From NCBI GenBank assembly GCA_043826355.1, contig JBDRQI010000031.1, forward strand, positions 32,001-96,000: a stretch of DNA of 64,000 nt, in the 5' to 3' direction. The stretch comes from Candidatus Omnitrophota bacterium (GTDB lineage Bacteria > Ratteibacteria > UBA8468 > MWAK01). The stretch's first letter is position 1. Each line of letters begins with the position of its first letter. Position numbers and translations under genes: made by a program. Of the stretch, positions 42,389 to 51,544 are shown in pieces. The notes below the pieces were generated by a model, which saw only the letters and a list, made by a program, of their open reading frames with translations, made no database searches and was not told the origin of the DNA.

Positions 42389-42825
42389 ATGGTTAAGAAA
42401 GTCTTGGTAATCTATTATTCTTTAGGCGGTAATACGAAACTGCAGCTAAAATCCTGGCAGAAGGAGTAAAAGAAGCCGGTGGAATTCCAGTGGTCAAGAA
42501 AGGACTGGCGGCTACTATTGATGATCTCTTGGGGGCCGATGCGCTTGCGGTGGGCACCCCGGACTATTTCAGTTATATGGCCGGTGGTGTGAAAGACTTC
42601 TTCGACCGCACTTTCTACCCAACCCAGGGAAAGGTGACTGACAAACCGTACGGCACTTTTGTTACCCACGGTGGAGGCGGCGCTGCCCGAAAAAGCCTTG
42701 AAGACATGGGCCGGACTTTCAAACTTCGGCATATCGCTGATACGGTTCTGGTCAAGAACAAACCAGACGACAAGGCTATTTCGGAACTGAAGAAACTCGG
42801 AGAGGCACTCGTTCAGTCAATCTGA
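42389..42825 (+). pseudogene. Flavodoxin/WrbA-like protein with frameshift
   Basis: VLVIYYSLGGNTK, then a frame change to AAKILAEG...VGTPDYF. Confidence 0.75.
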
Positions 42826-43090
42826 AACCTAAACAGTAAACTCCGCTGAACTGGAACGAACAGGAAACAGGTAAAACAACCGGAGGCCCAATGAAAAACC
42901 TTTTTTGGATTATCGTTGTGTTATTTTACGCAGCACTTCTGACCGGCTGCAGCAGCTGGTCCGGTAGTTTGTCCATCGGCAAGTAATGTCAAAAGCATTA
43001 CAGACCTGAAGCTTTAGTGGGTGGTATAAAACTGAAGTAGGGAAGAAGTATTGAAAGAAATCGACAAGTTTCCCCGAAAAGTAAAGTAGG

Positions 43091-43723
43091 ATGAATAGCC
43101 AGAAGGTTATCTGGAAAAGGACTGTTGCTTCGGTACAGCCCCGCATCAGATTCACGCGTTCCTTTGACCAGCACAGTCATACATATCAAGAGTATCTACT
43201 CCACATAACTGGAATAATGGATGGCAGGGAATGAGAATTTCTTGTTGGAATCGGAAAAACGGCTCATGAAAAGCACCACTTTCGTATAGGAGATGTGGTA
43301 AGCGGCGAATCGCATCTGGTTGAAAATAGGCAAGTGGAAGCAACAGATATTTACAAGACCAGCAAGCTCGTGGTTCTCGAACCCACTGACTTGCAAGAAC
43401 CTGCTCCCCCACCGTGGACTGGTGTGGCTCCAGGCCTACAAACTTACAGAGAACGAGGCCACCGGCGTCTTGATGAAGAAACCTATGGAAACAAGTGTTT
43501 TGCCTGTATTTGGGGCTGCCGGATGCCTGTTGAAATGATTATTAACCAATGGAATCCTAAAAAGAAACGTTACCGGTTTGAAACATTTTGCTATGGGCCA
43601 AAGTCGTGTACTTACTACAAGGCTGGTCCTACCCGGAAAGTTCCTGGCAGGCGCGGCATGACATGGGAAGAAGAGGACTGGGTCGATGAGGATGTAACTT
43701 CACACCGCGGCATGGACGATTAG
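43091..43723 (+). pseudogene. Cys-rich hypothetical protein interrupted by an in-frame TGA (43232)
   Basis: SVQPRIRFTRSFDQ...GRE*EF...C..CIWGC...CYGPKSC, all in one frame. Confidence 0.65.
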
Positions 43724-43838
43724 AACTGTACCTGAAACAGCAGAACAAGTATCGCTTGACCAGGACTTGTCAGAGCGCTAAAATTGAATCGGCATCCGAA
43801 ACAGAAAATCGGTTTGATGCCAACTGCACAAGTATCGA

Positions 43839-44525
43839 ATGAGTAATTTAAACAAGACAAGAAAGCTCTCCCCGTCCGCATTAAACCTCTTTCTTGATTG
43901 CCCCCGCTGTTTCTGGCTGGAGAAGAATAAAAACATAAAGCGGCCAAGGGGTATATTTCCGTCACTTCCCGGGGGCATGGATTTAGCCATCAAGGCTTAT
44001 TTTGACAAGCACCGACAGAGTAATGGCCTGCCTCCAGAGGTCAGCGGTAGACTTCCCGGTAAGCTATTAGCCGATATTAATCTACTCAATAAATGGCGGA
44101 GTTGGCGCGCTACGGATTTACGTTACGAAGACCAAGGTTTAAATGCGGTACTGTCCGGTGCTTTGGATGATTGCCTTGTTGACGATGGTTTTTATATTCC
44201 CCTTGATTACAAGACCAGAGGGTTTGAACTCAAGGACGACCCGCGCAAGTATTACCAGGCCCAACTGGATTGCTATTGTTTAATCCTGGAAGCAAGCGGA
44301 TTTAAGACCAAAGGGCTGGCCTATCTTCTCTATTATTGGCCGACCGACGTCTTAGAAAACGGAATGGTAAGGTTTGAAGTTACGCCGGTTAAGATAGAAA
44401 CTAATCCCGAATCAGCAAAAAGCATCTTCAAAAACGCTGTCCTTTTATTAGCCGGTGAATTACCAAAAGCTAATCCGGCTTGCGAATATTGTAGTCTTGT
44501 GGAAAGCAGAAAAACTGAGGGATAA
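43839..44525 (+). CDS. PD-(D/E)xK RecB/Cas4-like nuclease
   Basis: LSPS, CPRCF, GALDD, LDYKT, QL..Y, CEYC. Confidence 0.82.
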   Translation: MSNLNKTRKLSPSALNLFLDCPRCFWLEKNKNIKRPRGIFPSLPGGMDLAIKAYFDKHRQSNGLPPEVSGRLPGKLLADINLLNKWRSWRATDLRYEDQGLNAVLSGALDDCLVDDGFYIPLDYKTRGFELKDDPRKYYQAQLDCYCLILEASGFKTKGLAYLLYYWPTDVLENGMVRFEVTPVKIETNPESAKSIFKNAVLLLAGELPKANPACEYCSLVESRKTEG

Positions 44526-44674
44526 GAACGAGACTGATCCTGGAACGTAGAAAGAAGTAAAATTTGAAAGGGTAGAAACATTGACCAAAACAATAACTTG
44601 GATCAGTACCAAGCTGCAAATAAGAAATTAGGCGGTGCCTATTACTAAATTCCGAAAGCATACAGTCTTAAATC

Positions 44675-45394
44675 ATGTGGCTAACCGTATATAACTTACC
44701 GGCCATTTATCCGTCGCTTGTTTTCGGGTTATTTGTAATCTTAACGGTTTTTGTATTGGCTGTTTGGCTAATGAAAAGAAGACGACGTCAAGAGATACTT
44801 TCGGAATGGTCAACGAGAATAGGTTTCTCTTACGAGGCTACACTGTCCGCAGGGGAGAACTCCCGGGATGTTTTACTTGCTCCATTGAGGATGTCGGGGT
44901 TACTTAAGGAATTAACAAAACTTATGGTACGCAACATCATGCGCGGGCGTTTTGAAGGCCATGAATGGTTAATTTTCGATATGCAAGGGTGGCGTAAGTA
45001 CAGGTATGCGGAAAGTGATCCCATACAATGGACGGTAACAATTATGTTGACGGAAGAATATTTTCCGACGTTACACATAGAACCGGTAGTTCCAATGTTC
45101 TCTCGTTTGCATCCCGACCGGTCTTCAGCGATAAAAACGGGAGACAAAGAATTTAATCGCCATTTTATGGTATTCGGTAAAAGATTGTCTGCAGAACATA
45201 TTTTAAATCAGGACCTCAGGGAATACCTGTTGGGACTGACCCGCGCATCTAAACGATGGTATCGACATTTATACTTGCATGACAATATGATAATAGTGGT
45301 TGAGGCAACACTGGCACCGCCCCGACATATAGAAGATATGATAAAGATTGTCCTTGGAGTTCGAAAACGTATACCAGTATCTGTAGATAATTAA
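44675..45394 (+). CDS. Hypothetical membrane-anchored protein
   Basis: N-terminal TM helix, then RRRRQ and a soluble domain. Confidence 0.6.
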   Translation: MWLTVYNLPAIYPSLVFGLFVILTVFVLAVWLMKRRRRQEILSEWSTRIGFSYEATLSAGENSRDVLLAPLRMSGLLKELTKLMVRNIMRGRFEGHEWLIFDMQGWRKYRYAESDPIQWTVTIMLTEEYFPTLHIEPVVPMFSRLHPDRSSAIKTGDKEFNRHFMVFGKRLSAEHILNQDLREYLLGLTRASKRWYRHLYLHDNMIIVVEATLAPPRHIEDMIKIVLGVRKRIPVSVDN

Positions 45395-45418
45395 AGCACC
45401 CACCTCTGTTCCAGTAAA

Positions 45419-45880
45419 ATGCCTGAAGAAAAAAAGAATTATCCGAAAACTGCAAACAAAAACATAAAACGATTACGCTCAATAACAAAGGAATTCTATG
45501 AGAAGAAATTCAAGCAATATACGGAAGAGAAGGAAATGGCGGTTGAATCAATCAGGCAGCATGGCACCGGCCAGACAAAATATTTCGAACTGGGGATAAA
45601 TATCCTGGAATTGGCACAGAGAGCCAAAGAAATCTATCTCAAGCGTTCGGTAGAGGAAAAACGGCAACTTCTTGGTTTAGTATTTTCGAACCTTTCCCTA
45701 AAAGACGGAAACACAAGCTCTGTCTATCATCCCGCCTTCCAACTTATCGCCGAAAGGGTCAAAATAGGACAACTGCTCCCCAGACAGGACGATTATCGAA
45801 CCATCAACTGGAATAAGATGTTTGAAAATCCTGAGGTTATTTTATCACAAATTCAGCAACTATTACACCCGGCACTATAG
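45419..45880 (+). pseudogene. C-terminal remnant of a site-specific recombinase (large serine recombinase type)
   Basis: Coiled coil, EEKRQLLGLVFSNLSLKDG...PAF...LLPRQDDYRT; no catalytic domain. Confidence 0.65.
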
Positions 45881-46099
45881 CCACCCGACACTTCGGGTAA
45901 GGTTGCTAAAGCTATTGCCAGCAAAGGTTCTTGAGGTGTTACACTCCTGCGAGTCTGGCCTTCCTAATATTCCGGCAAAATATTGCCTTACCATCCAGGT
46001 GTAGTTTTAGTTCTTGTTCTTAGGCGAGTATGATTTATCCACCTGTCCCCGGGTCATCTATTTCAGGGGTACCAGGGATAATTATGAAATATAAAATGG

Positions 46100-46288
46100 G
46101 TGGGATATCCCTCCCCACCGCCCCTTGTCAAAATAACTATTAGTCCCCTCTGATAGCATAAGAAAACTTTCACCCCAAACGTAATTACCTTGACCTTATC
46201 CTGATGGGGTGGCTAACGGGACGACGTTCGAACCTGTCTGTTGGATAATCCTACCATAATATTGCCTATTTTTCCAATATCGGCGTAA
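46100..46288 (+). repeat. Degenerate Box C + promoter interrupted by att core + tail
   Basis: TTGACC 46190; GGGTGGCTAACGGGA 46207; RDDVRTCLLDNPTIILPIFPISA*. Confidence 0.8.
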
Positions 46289-46350
46289 AATATAGAAAAC
46301 AAAGATGTCAGGTTAAAATATTTATTTTGATGGACAAGCGGAGGCTCCAA

Positions 46351-47112
46351 ATGAAACAATGGTATGAAACACTATTTGAAAATTACGGGAAAAAATACGA
46401 TAAAGAAGGTTTTACGCAGGGTACAATCGGAGAGTGTGATTTTATTGAAAAAGAAATTAATTTCGATAAATCGTTAAAAATAATAGATGTCGGATGCGGT
46501 ACAGGCAGACATTCAATTGAGCTAGCAAAAAGAGGCTACAAGGTAACAGGAATTGATTTATCTGATTCGCAGCTTGGGAGAGCAAAGGAAAAGGCAAAAA
46601 CTAAAAATCTGCAAATAAACTTTCAGAAGCAGGATGCCAGAAAATTGCCATTTAAAAATGAGTTTGATCTGGCGGTTATGCTTTGTGGAGGAGGATTTCC
46701 TTTGATGGAAACGGATGAGATGAATTACGAAATACTGAAAAATGTATCTGATTCTTTAAAGGATAATGGCAAGTTTATTTTCACAACACTTAATGGATTA
46801 TTCCCACTGTTTCATTCAGTTGAAAAATTCCACGCTTCAGTAACGGAAAAGGGAAATGCGACCTACAAAAGCAATACTTTTGATTTAATGACTTTTCGGG
46901 AGTACAGTACAATCAAATTCAAAGATGATTTTGGAAATAAAAAAGAACTGGAATGTAACGAAAGATATTATGTGCCATCCGAAATTACCTGGTTGTTGAA
47001 AACATTAGATTTTAAAAAGATTGATATTTATGGAGCAAAACTTGGAACTTTCTCAAGAAATGACAAACTTAGAACTAAAGATTTTGCAATGTTGGTTATT
47101 GCTCAAAAATAG
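46351..47112 (+). CDS. Class I SAM-dependent methyltransferase
   Basis: IDVGCGTGRH, GIDLS, DAR; GGAGG before ATG 46351. Confidence 0.88.
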   Translation: MKQWYETLFENYGKKYDKEGFTQGTIGECDFIEKEINFDKSLKIIDVGCGTGRHSIELAKRGYKVTGIDLSDSQLGRAKEKAKTKNLQINFQKQDARKLPFKNEFDLAVMLCGGGFPLMETDEMNYEILKNVSDSLKDNGKFIFTTLNGLFPLFHSVEKFHASVTEKGNATYKSNTFDLMTFREYSTIKFKDDFGNKKELECNERYYVPSEITWLLKTLDFKKIDIYGAKLGTFSRNDKLRTKDFAMLVIAQK

Positions 47113-47241
47113 TAGTTTATTTCCTGTCAAAAGTAGAACCCTCCCGGTTAATCATCACAAGAATTTTTTTAATAGAAAGGGACAGGTTCGAACATCCCGT
47201 TAGGGTATTCTGAAGAACGTTGCAGGACAACAACCTTCAAA

Positions 47242-47263
47242 ACAGGGTGGCTAACGGGATTCG
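47242..47263 (-). repeat. 22-bp direct repeat of the tRNA-His 3' end
   Basis: ACAGGGTGGCTAACGGGATTCG identical to 47372-47393. Confidence 0.9.
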
Positions 47264-47375
47264 GCTGTCTCACTTCACTACGCTCGACTAGGCCACCCGC
47301 TGCCACTGCTCCTTAATCAGTCGCAGCGGCTTACTTCGCTCCCATCGAATCCCCGTTTTCAGGCGGGTTTGACAG

Positions 47376-47447
47376 GGTGGCTAACGGGATTCGAACCCGT
47401 GCTGCAGGAGCCACAGTCCAGTGTGCTGCCATTACACCATAGCCACC
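47376..47447 (-). tRNA. tRNA-His (GTG), with G-1, CCA not encoded
   Basis: G-GTGGCTA acceptor pairs with TAGCCAC-C; anticodon loop CTGTGGC; T-arm ACGGG-TTCGAAT-CCCGT. Confidence 0.93.
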
Positions 47448-47707
47448 ATTTCTCCGACTCTATTTTAACACTGGAAAGACAATTACTTCAACAGGACGAG
47501 ATTGCCACGCTACAAATTACGTTCCTCGCAATGACGGGAATTATGATTTTTCAATTTCAGGAAAAAATGCTATAATATCGATGGAAGAGGTTACACTTTT
47601 AACTTTATACGCACACCAAAACCCGCCTTCGCAATACAGACGCCTCGTGAACAAGCGGTTTTACCGTTACGAGACGCGCTTGCTACGGCGGACAAAGGAG
47701 GAGAAAA

Positions 47708-48679
47708 ATGGCGGTGAGTTATAAAGATTTGGGGTTGGCTAACACGACGGATATGTTTAAAAAGGCGCTGGCCGGAGGTTACGCGGTGCCGGCGTATAAT
47801 TTCAACAACATGGAACAACTGCAGGCGATAATCTCCGCCTGCGTGGAATGCAAATCCCCGGTTATCCTGCAGATTTCAAAGGGTGCGCGACAGTATGCGA
47901 ACCAGACTTTGCTCCGGTATATGGTGCCTGGTGCGGTGGCGATGGCCAAAGAGATGGGCAGCAACATTCCCATCGCCCTGAATCTGGACCACGGGGATTC
48001 GTTTGAACTGGCCAAAAGTTGCGTCGATTACGGATTCTCGACCGTGATGATTGACGGTTCTTCCCTGCCCTACGAAGAGAACGTTGCCCTGACTAAAAAG
48101 GTGGTTGGATACGCTCACGAACACGACGTAACCGTTGAGGGGGAATTGGGGGTTCTGGCCGGTATTGAAGAACACGTTTCCTCGGAAGTAACCCACTACA
48201 CCAAACCGGAGGATGTCCAGGACTTTGTAACCAAAACAGGCGTTGACCACCTGGCCATCTCCATCGGGACTTCGCACGGCGCATACAAGTTCAAACTGAA
48301 ACCGGGCGAATCGGTTCCGCCGCTGCGTTTTGACATTCTGGAGGAGTGCGAAAAGCGCTTGCCGGGATTCCCGATTGTTCTGCATGGCGCCTCGTCCGTA
48401 CTGCAGAAGTATATAGACATCATCAACCAGTACGGCGGCAAGATGAAGAACACGGCCGGCGTACCGGAAGAACAAATCAGGAAAGCCGTCAAAACCAACG
48501 TCTGCAAGGTGAATATCGATTCCGACGGGCGACTGGTTATGACCGCCGTCATTCGGAAGTGCTTTGTGGAACACCCGGAAGAGTTTGACCCGCGCAAATA
48601 CCTTGGCCCGGCCCGGGAAGAGTTGAAGAAGATGTATATCGCCAAGTGCGAACTTCTGGGAAGCAACGGGAAGGCGTAA
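47708..48679 (+). CDS. fba: Class II fructose-1,6-bisphosphate aldolase
   Basis: LNLDHG, VMIDGS, EGELG, GTSHG, VLHGASS, FDPRKYL. Confidence 0.93.
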   Translation: MAVSYKDLGLANTTDMFKKALAGGYAVPAYNFNNMEQLQAIISACVECKSPVILQISKGARQYANQTLLRYMVPGAVAMAKEMGSNIPIALNLDHGDSFELAKSCVDYGFSTVMIDGSSLPYEENVALTKKVVGYAHEHDVTVEGELGVLAGIEEHVSSEVTHYTKPEDVQDFVTKTGVDHLAISIGTSHGAYKFKLKPGESVPPLRFDILEECEKRLPGFPIVLHGASSVLQKYIDIINQYGGKMKNTAGVPEEQIRKAVKTNVCKVNIDSDGRLVMTAVIRKCFVEHPEEFDPRKYLGPAREELKKMYIAKCELLGSNGKA

Positions 48680-48722
48680 ATAAAAGAACGGGATTGCCGC
48701 GGCAAACTAAACGCGGAACACT

Positions 48723-48805
48723 GTAGGGGGGGATTACATCCCCGCCCGCCAGAGGGGGACTTGGTGAAAATCAGCCCGTGGGAGGGGACAGAGTCCCTCC
48801 CCTAC
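48723..48805. repeat. Inverted pair of GTAG-type REP palindromes
   Basis: GTAGGGGGGGAT...CCCG and the reverse complement of GTAGGGGAGGGAC...CCCCTCCCAC; third copy 54738-54765. Confidence 0.6.
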
Positions 48806-48830
48806 ACAAAAATTCTTCAATGAGTTTAGA

Positions 48831-49577
48831 TCAGTAGGCGTAGAGACGGCCATAGGGCCGGCTGGTCTGGGAAATAAGTTTTCGGAAAGGAACCCGGAGA
48901 ATCGCCGCAAGGTCCAGGTTGAAATCCCGGCAGAATTCCTCCAGGCAGGATCTAATCAGCGCGGCGTCGTCATCGCCGAAAGGCGACTCGCTCACCTCTT
49001 TGCCCAGAAAGTTTTCCGGCACCGGACCCCGCAGGTAAATGGTGCCTCCGTGCATGCCGGTCCCGAGAAACTTGCCCACCAGCGGCCTTGGCTCTTCGGG
49101 AACGCCTAAAACGATAATGATGCCTCCGGACAAGTATTCCCCCAGGTAATCCCCGGCTCTGCCTCCAACAATGATTACCGGAAACTTGTCCTGATAGGAT
49201 TTGGCGTGGATGCCCCCGCGCCAGCCGATGTCTCCCCGGACGAATATCTTCCCGCCCCGGGCGGAATGACCAAGCAGGTCGCCGGAATTTCCGAAGATGG
49301 TTATCTTGCCGCCTGAGATGGTATTGCCCACCCCGTCTTCCCCGTTTCCATGGAGATAGATTTCCGGTCCGTCCATAAAAACGGCCAGGTCGTTGCCGGC
49401 AATCCCGTCTATTTCAATACGCACTTTGTCTCTAAGACCGGCGGCGATAAAACGCTGTCCCAGCACGTTCTTAAGCCGGATATCTTTCTTCCCGGAAATG
49501 ATCGCCCGGCGCAGGTTCTCGTTTAAAGTCCGGTGCGTCATTCCGGCCGCATCAATCTCCGCCATATTTATCATCAT
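48831..49577 (-). CDS. Glutamate synthase GXGXG domain subunit (stand-alone)
   Basis: GQRFI, GNDL, GDYLGEY, GTGMHGG. Confidence 0.85.
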   Translation of the reverse strand: MMINMAEIDAAGMTHRTLNENLRRAIISGKKDIRLKNVLGQRFIAAGLRDKVRIEIDGIAGNDLAVFMDGPEIYLHGNGEDGVGNTISGGKITIFGNSGDLLGHSARGGKIFVRGDIGWRGGIHAKSYQDKFPVIIVGGRAGDYLGEYLSGGIIIVLGVPEEPRPLVGKFLGTGMHGGTIYLRGPVPENFLGKEVSESPFGDDDAALIRSCLEEFCRDFNLDLAAILRVPFRKLISQTSRPYGRLYAY

Positions 49578-49585
49578 TTCTCACG

Positions 49586-50887
49586 CTATACCTCTATTCC
49601 CTCTCCTTTGACCAGATGCTTCTGGTAGTCGGAAGGCAGGTAAATCAGCCCGAAATCTTCGTCGAGCAACTTATCCTTGAAAGAACCCACTTCAACCCTT
49701 TCTTTAATCAGTCCGGTATAAATACCGGAGCGTTCGATCTTACCGATGAAGATGTACCCGACAACCAGGTTGTTCTTGACCAGAATCTTGCGGTAAATCT
49801 TCTTCTCCGGCTGATAATCGGAAAATACCTCGGCTTCCGCATCCTCGGTAATACCGACGGAAATTGTCGGCAGGTCAAGAATTTCCATGGCGTTCATAAC
49901 CAAACCGCCCTTATATTCCGGCGCCGGCTGGTCTGGGCCGGACTTCGGCAAAGCCATGTTGGCACCGGCTACCTTGCCCTGCCGGAACGCTTCCGGCCAG
50001 AGCGGCAGCGGGTGTCTTGCCCCGGACATAAGGTTTTGGGTCTGAACACAGTCGCCGGCGGCAAAGATATCCGGCGCGGCGGTCAGCATCGACAGACTGG
50101 TAACGATACCCCGTTCCACCGCCGCACCCGTCCCTTCCGCCAGTTCGGCCCGAGGCCGGACACCGATCGCCAATATCGCTAGGTCAACCGGGACTTCGCC
50201 TCCCTTTTTCAAAGAGGCCTTCTTGACTTTTCCTTCTTTTCCTTCGAACGAAACCACGGTGTCTTCCGTCACTATCTTCACGCCTTTGCCGAAAAGGTGA
50301 CCCGCCAGGATTTCCGAGGCCTTCCGGTCAAAAGTCGTGGAAAGAAGCGAAGGCGCCAACTCCACTATCCGGACCCGGCAGCCCAAACGGGCAAAGGTTT
50401 CAGCCGTTTCCAGGCCGATGAGTCCACCGCCTAAGACCAACACATCCCTGACCTGGTTTGCCTTCAGGTGTCTTTTAATCCGCTCAACCTCTGCCACGCA
50501 GAGAAAAGTGAAAATACCGTCCAGGCGGAGGCCTTTTATTTTAGGCCGGAACGGAACGGAGCCGGTTGACAGCAGGAGTTTTCCGTAATTCAACCGCTCG
50601 CCCCCTTCCAGAAGCGCATTCTTTTTTTCCGGGTCGATACGGGTGACTTTTTTGCCCAGTTTAACTTCCAGCCGGTTTTCCCGAAAAAAATCCTCCCGGC
50701 GGAAAAACAACCTTTCCAACGGGAATTCACCGGAAAGATAGCGCGGCAGAAGCGGGCGGGAATAGGAAGAGATATTCTCTTCGGAAACCATCAGGATGGA
50801 ACCGTCCTTATCCCGGCGCCGGATCTCTTCTCCGGCGGCAACCGCAGCCGCGGAATTACCTACAATCAGATAATCAACCATTCTCAT
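49586..50887 (-). CDS. FAD/NAD(P)-dependent oxidoreductase (NirB-like N-terminus)
   Basis: IVGNSAA, YSRPLL, GGGLIG, AAGD. Confidence 0.85.
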   Translation of the reverse strand: MRMVDYLIVGNSAAAVAAGEEIRRRDKDGSILMVSEENISSYSRPLLPRYLSGEFPLERLFFRREDFFRENRLEVKLGKKVTRIDPEKKNALLEGGERLNYGKLLLSTGSVPFRPKIKGLRLDGIFTFLCVAEVERIKRHLKANQVRDVLVLGGGLIGLETAETFARLGCRVRIVELAPSLLSTTFDRKASEILAGHLFGKGVKIVTEDTVVSFEGKEGKVKKASLKKGGEVPVDLAILAIGVRPRAELAEGTGAAVERGIVTSLSMLTAAPDIFAAGDCVQTQNLMSGARHPLPLWPEAFRQGKVAGANMALPKSGPDQPAPEYKGGLVMNAMEILDLPTISVGITEDAEAEVFSDYQPEKKIYRKILVKNNLVVGYIFIGKIERSGIYTGLIKERVEVGSFKDKLLDEDFGLIYLPSDYQKHLVKGEGIEV

Positions 50888-50902
50888 TTTTTACAGCACA
50901 AC

Positions 50903-51066
50903 GAGGATGTTTGGTAAGCAAAACTTGCGGAGCAACAGTGCAAAACAAGCAAAATGACGGCATGAGTAGCCGGAGCCCGCCTCAGGCGGGAATACGGCGA
51001 GGCTCGTGCCGGAATTGCGTAGATTTTGCCTGATGCGCAACTCCGTTTTGTGAACCAAATACCCGA
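50903..51066. mobile_element. MITE-like intergenic element, copy 1
   Basis: Imperfect TIR GGATGTTTGG/CCAAATACCC; homologous to 51545-51715. Confidence 0.65.
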
Positions 51067-51071
51067 GAGAA

Positions 51072-51497
51072 TTATTCATAAGTCAGCGCTTCGTTGGGAC
51101 AGTTCTTCACGCAGACCGGTTCACCCTCGCAGAGGTCGCACTTGGAGGCGATCCGGCGGTCCTTGCGGTTGGTGCGGATGACGCCGAGCGGACAGACCAT
51201 GACGCACATCCAGCACCCAACGCACCGGTTTTCGTCGCAGAGGATGGCGCCATTCTTGTCCCGGTACATCGCGCCGGTCGAACAGGCATACAGACATGGA
51301 GCGTCTTCACAGTGGCGGCACTGCACCGCAAAAGAAAAAGAACCTTTTTCTTCCACGAAGAGCCGCGGAACCGGCTTAAGGCCTTCCTCGCGGAACGCCT
51401 TGATTAATTTCCGGCTCTTGGAATGCTGGACAAAACAATAAATCTCGCAGAGCCGGCAGCCGATGCAGTATTCCTCTTTCGCCCTAATCCTTTTCAT
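51072..51497 (-). CDS. 4Fe-4S dicluster domain protein
   Basis: CIGCRLC, CRHC...C, CVGCWMC...CP, CDLC. Confidence 0.9.
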   Translation of the reverse strand: MKRIRAKEEYCIGCRLCEIYCFVQHSKSRKLIKAFREEGLKPVPRLFVEEKGSFSFAVQCRHCEDAPCLYACSTGAMYRDKNGAILCDENRCVGCWMCVMVCPLGVIRTNRKDRRIASKCDLCEGEPVCVKNCPNEALTYE

Positions 51498-51544
51498 CTT
51501 CTTTTTATTTTAACACAAATTTAATTTAAATTTTTTCTTAAAAA

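Larger units (their letters stand above)
11454..47447. mobile_element. tRNA-His-anchored tandem accretion island of decayed integrative units
   Basis: Repeated tRNA 3'-end cores with recombinase-like tails, conserved boxes and promoters separating unrelated cargo; left boundary approximate. Confidence 0.75.

Noticed and set aside
41669..43234. TGA recoding (genetic code 4/25 or selenocysteine) suggested by two read-through-like TGAs
   Set aside because: Many intact genes end in TGA. Both cases fit single substitutions (TGG or CGA to TGA) in a decaying region.
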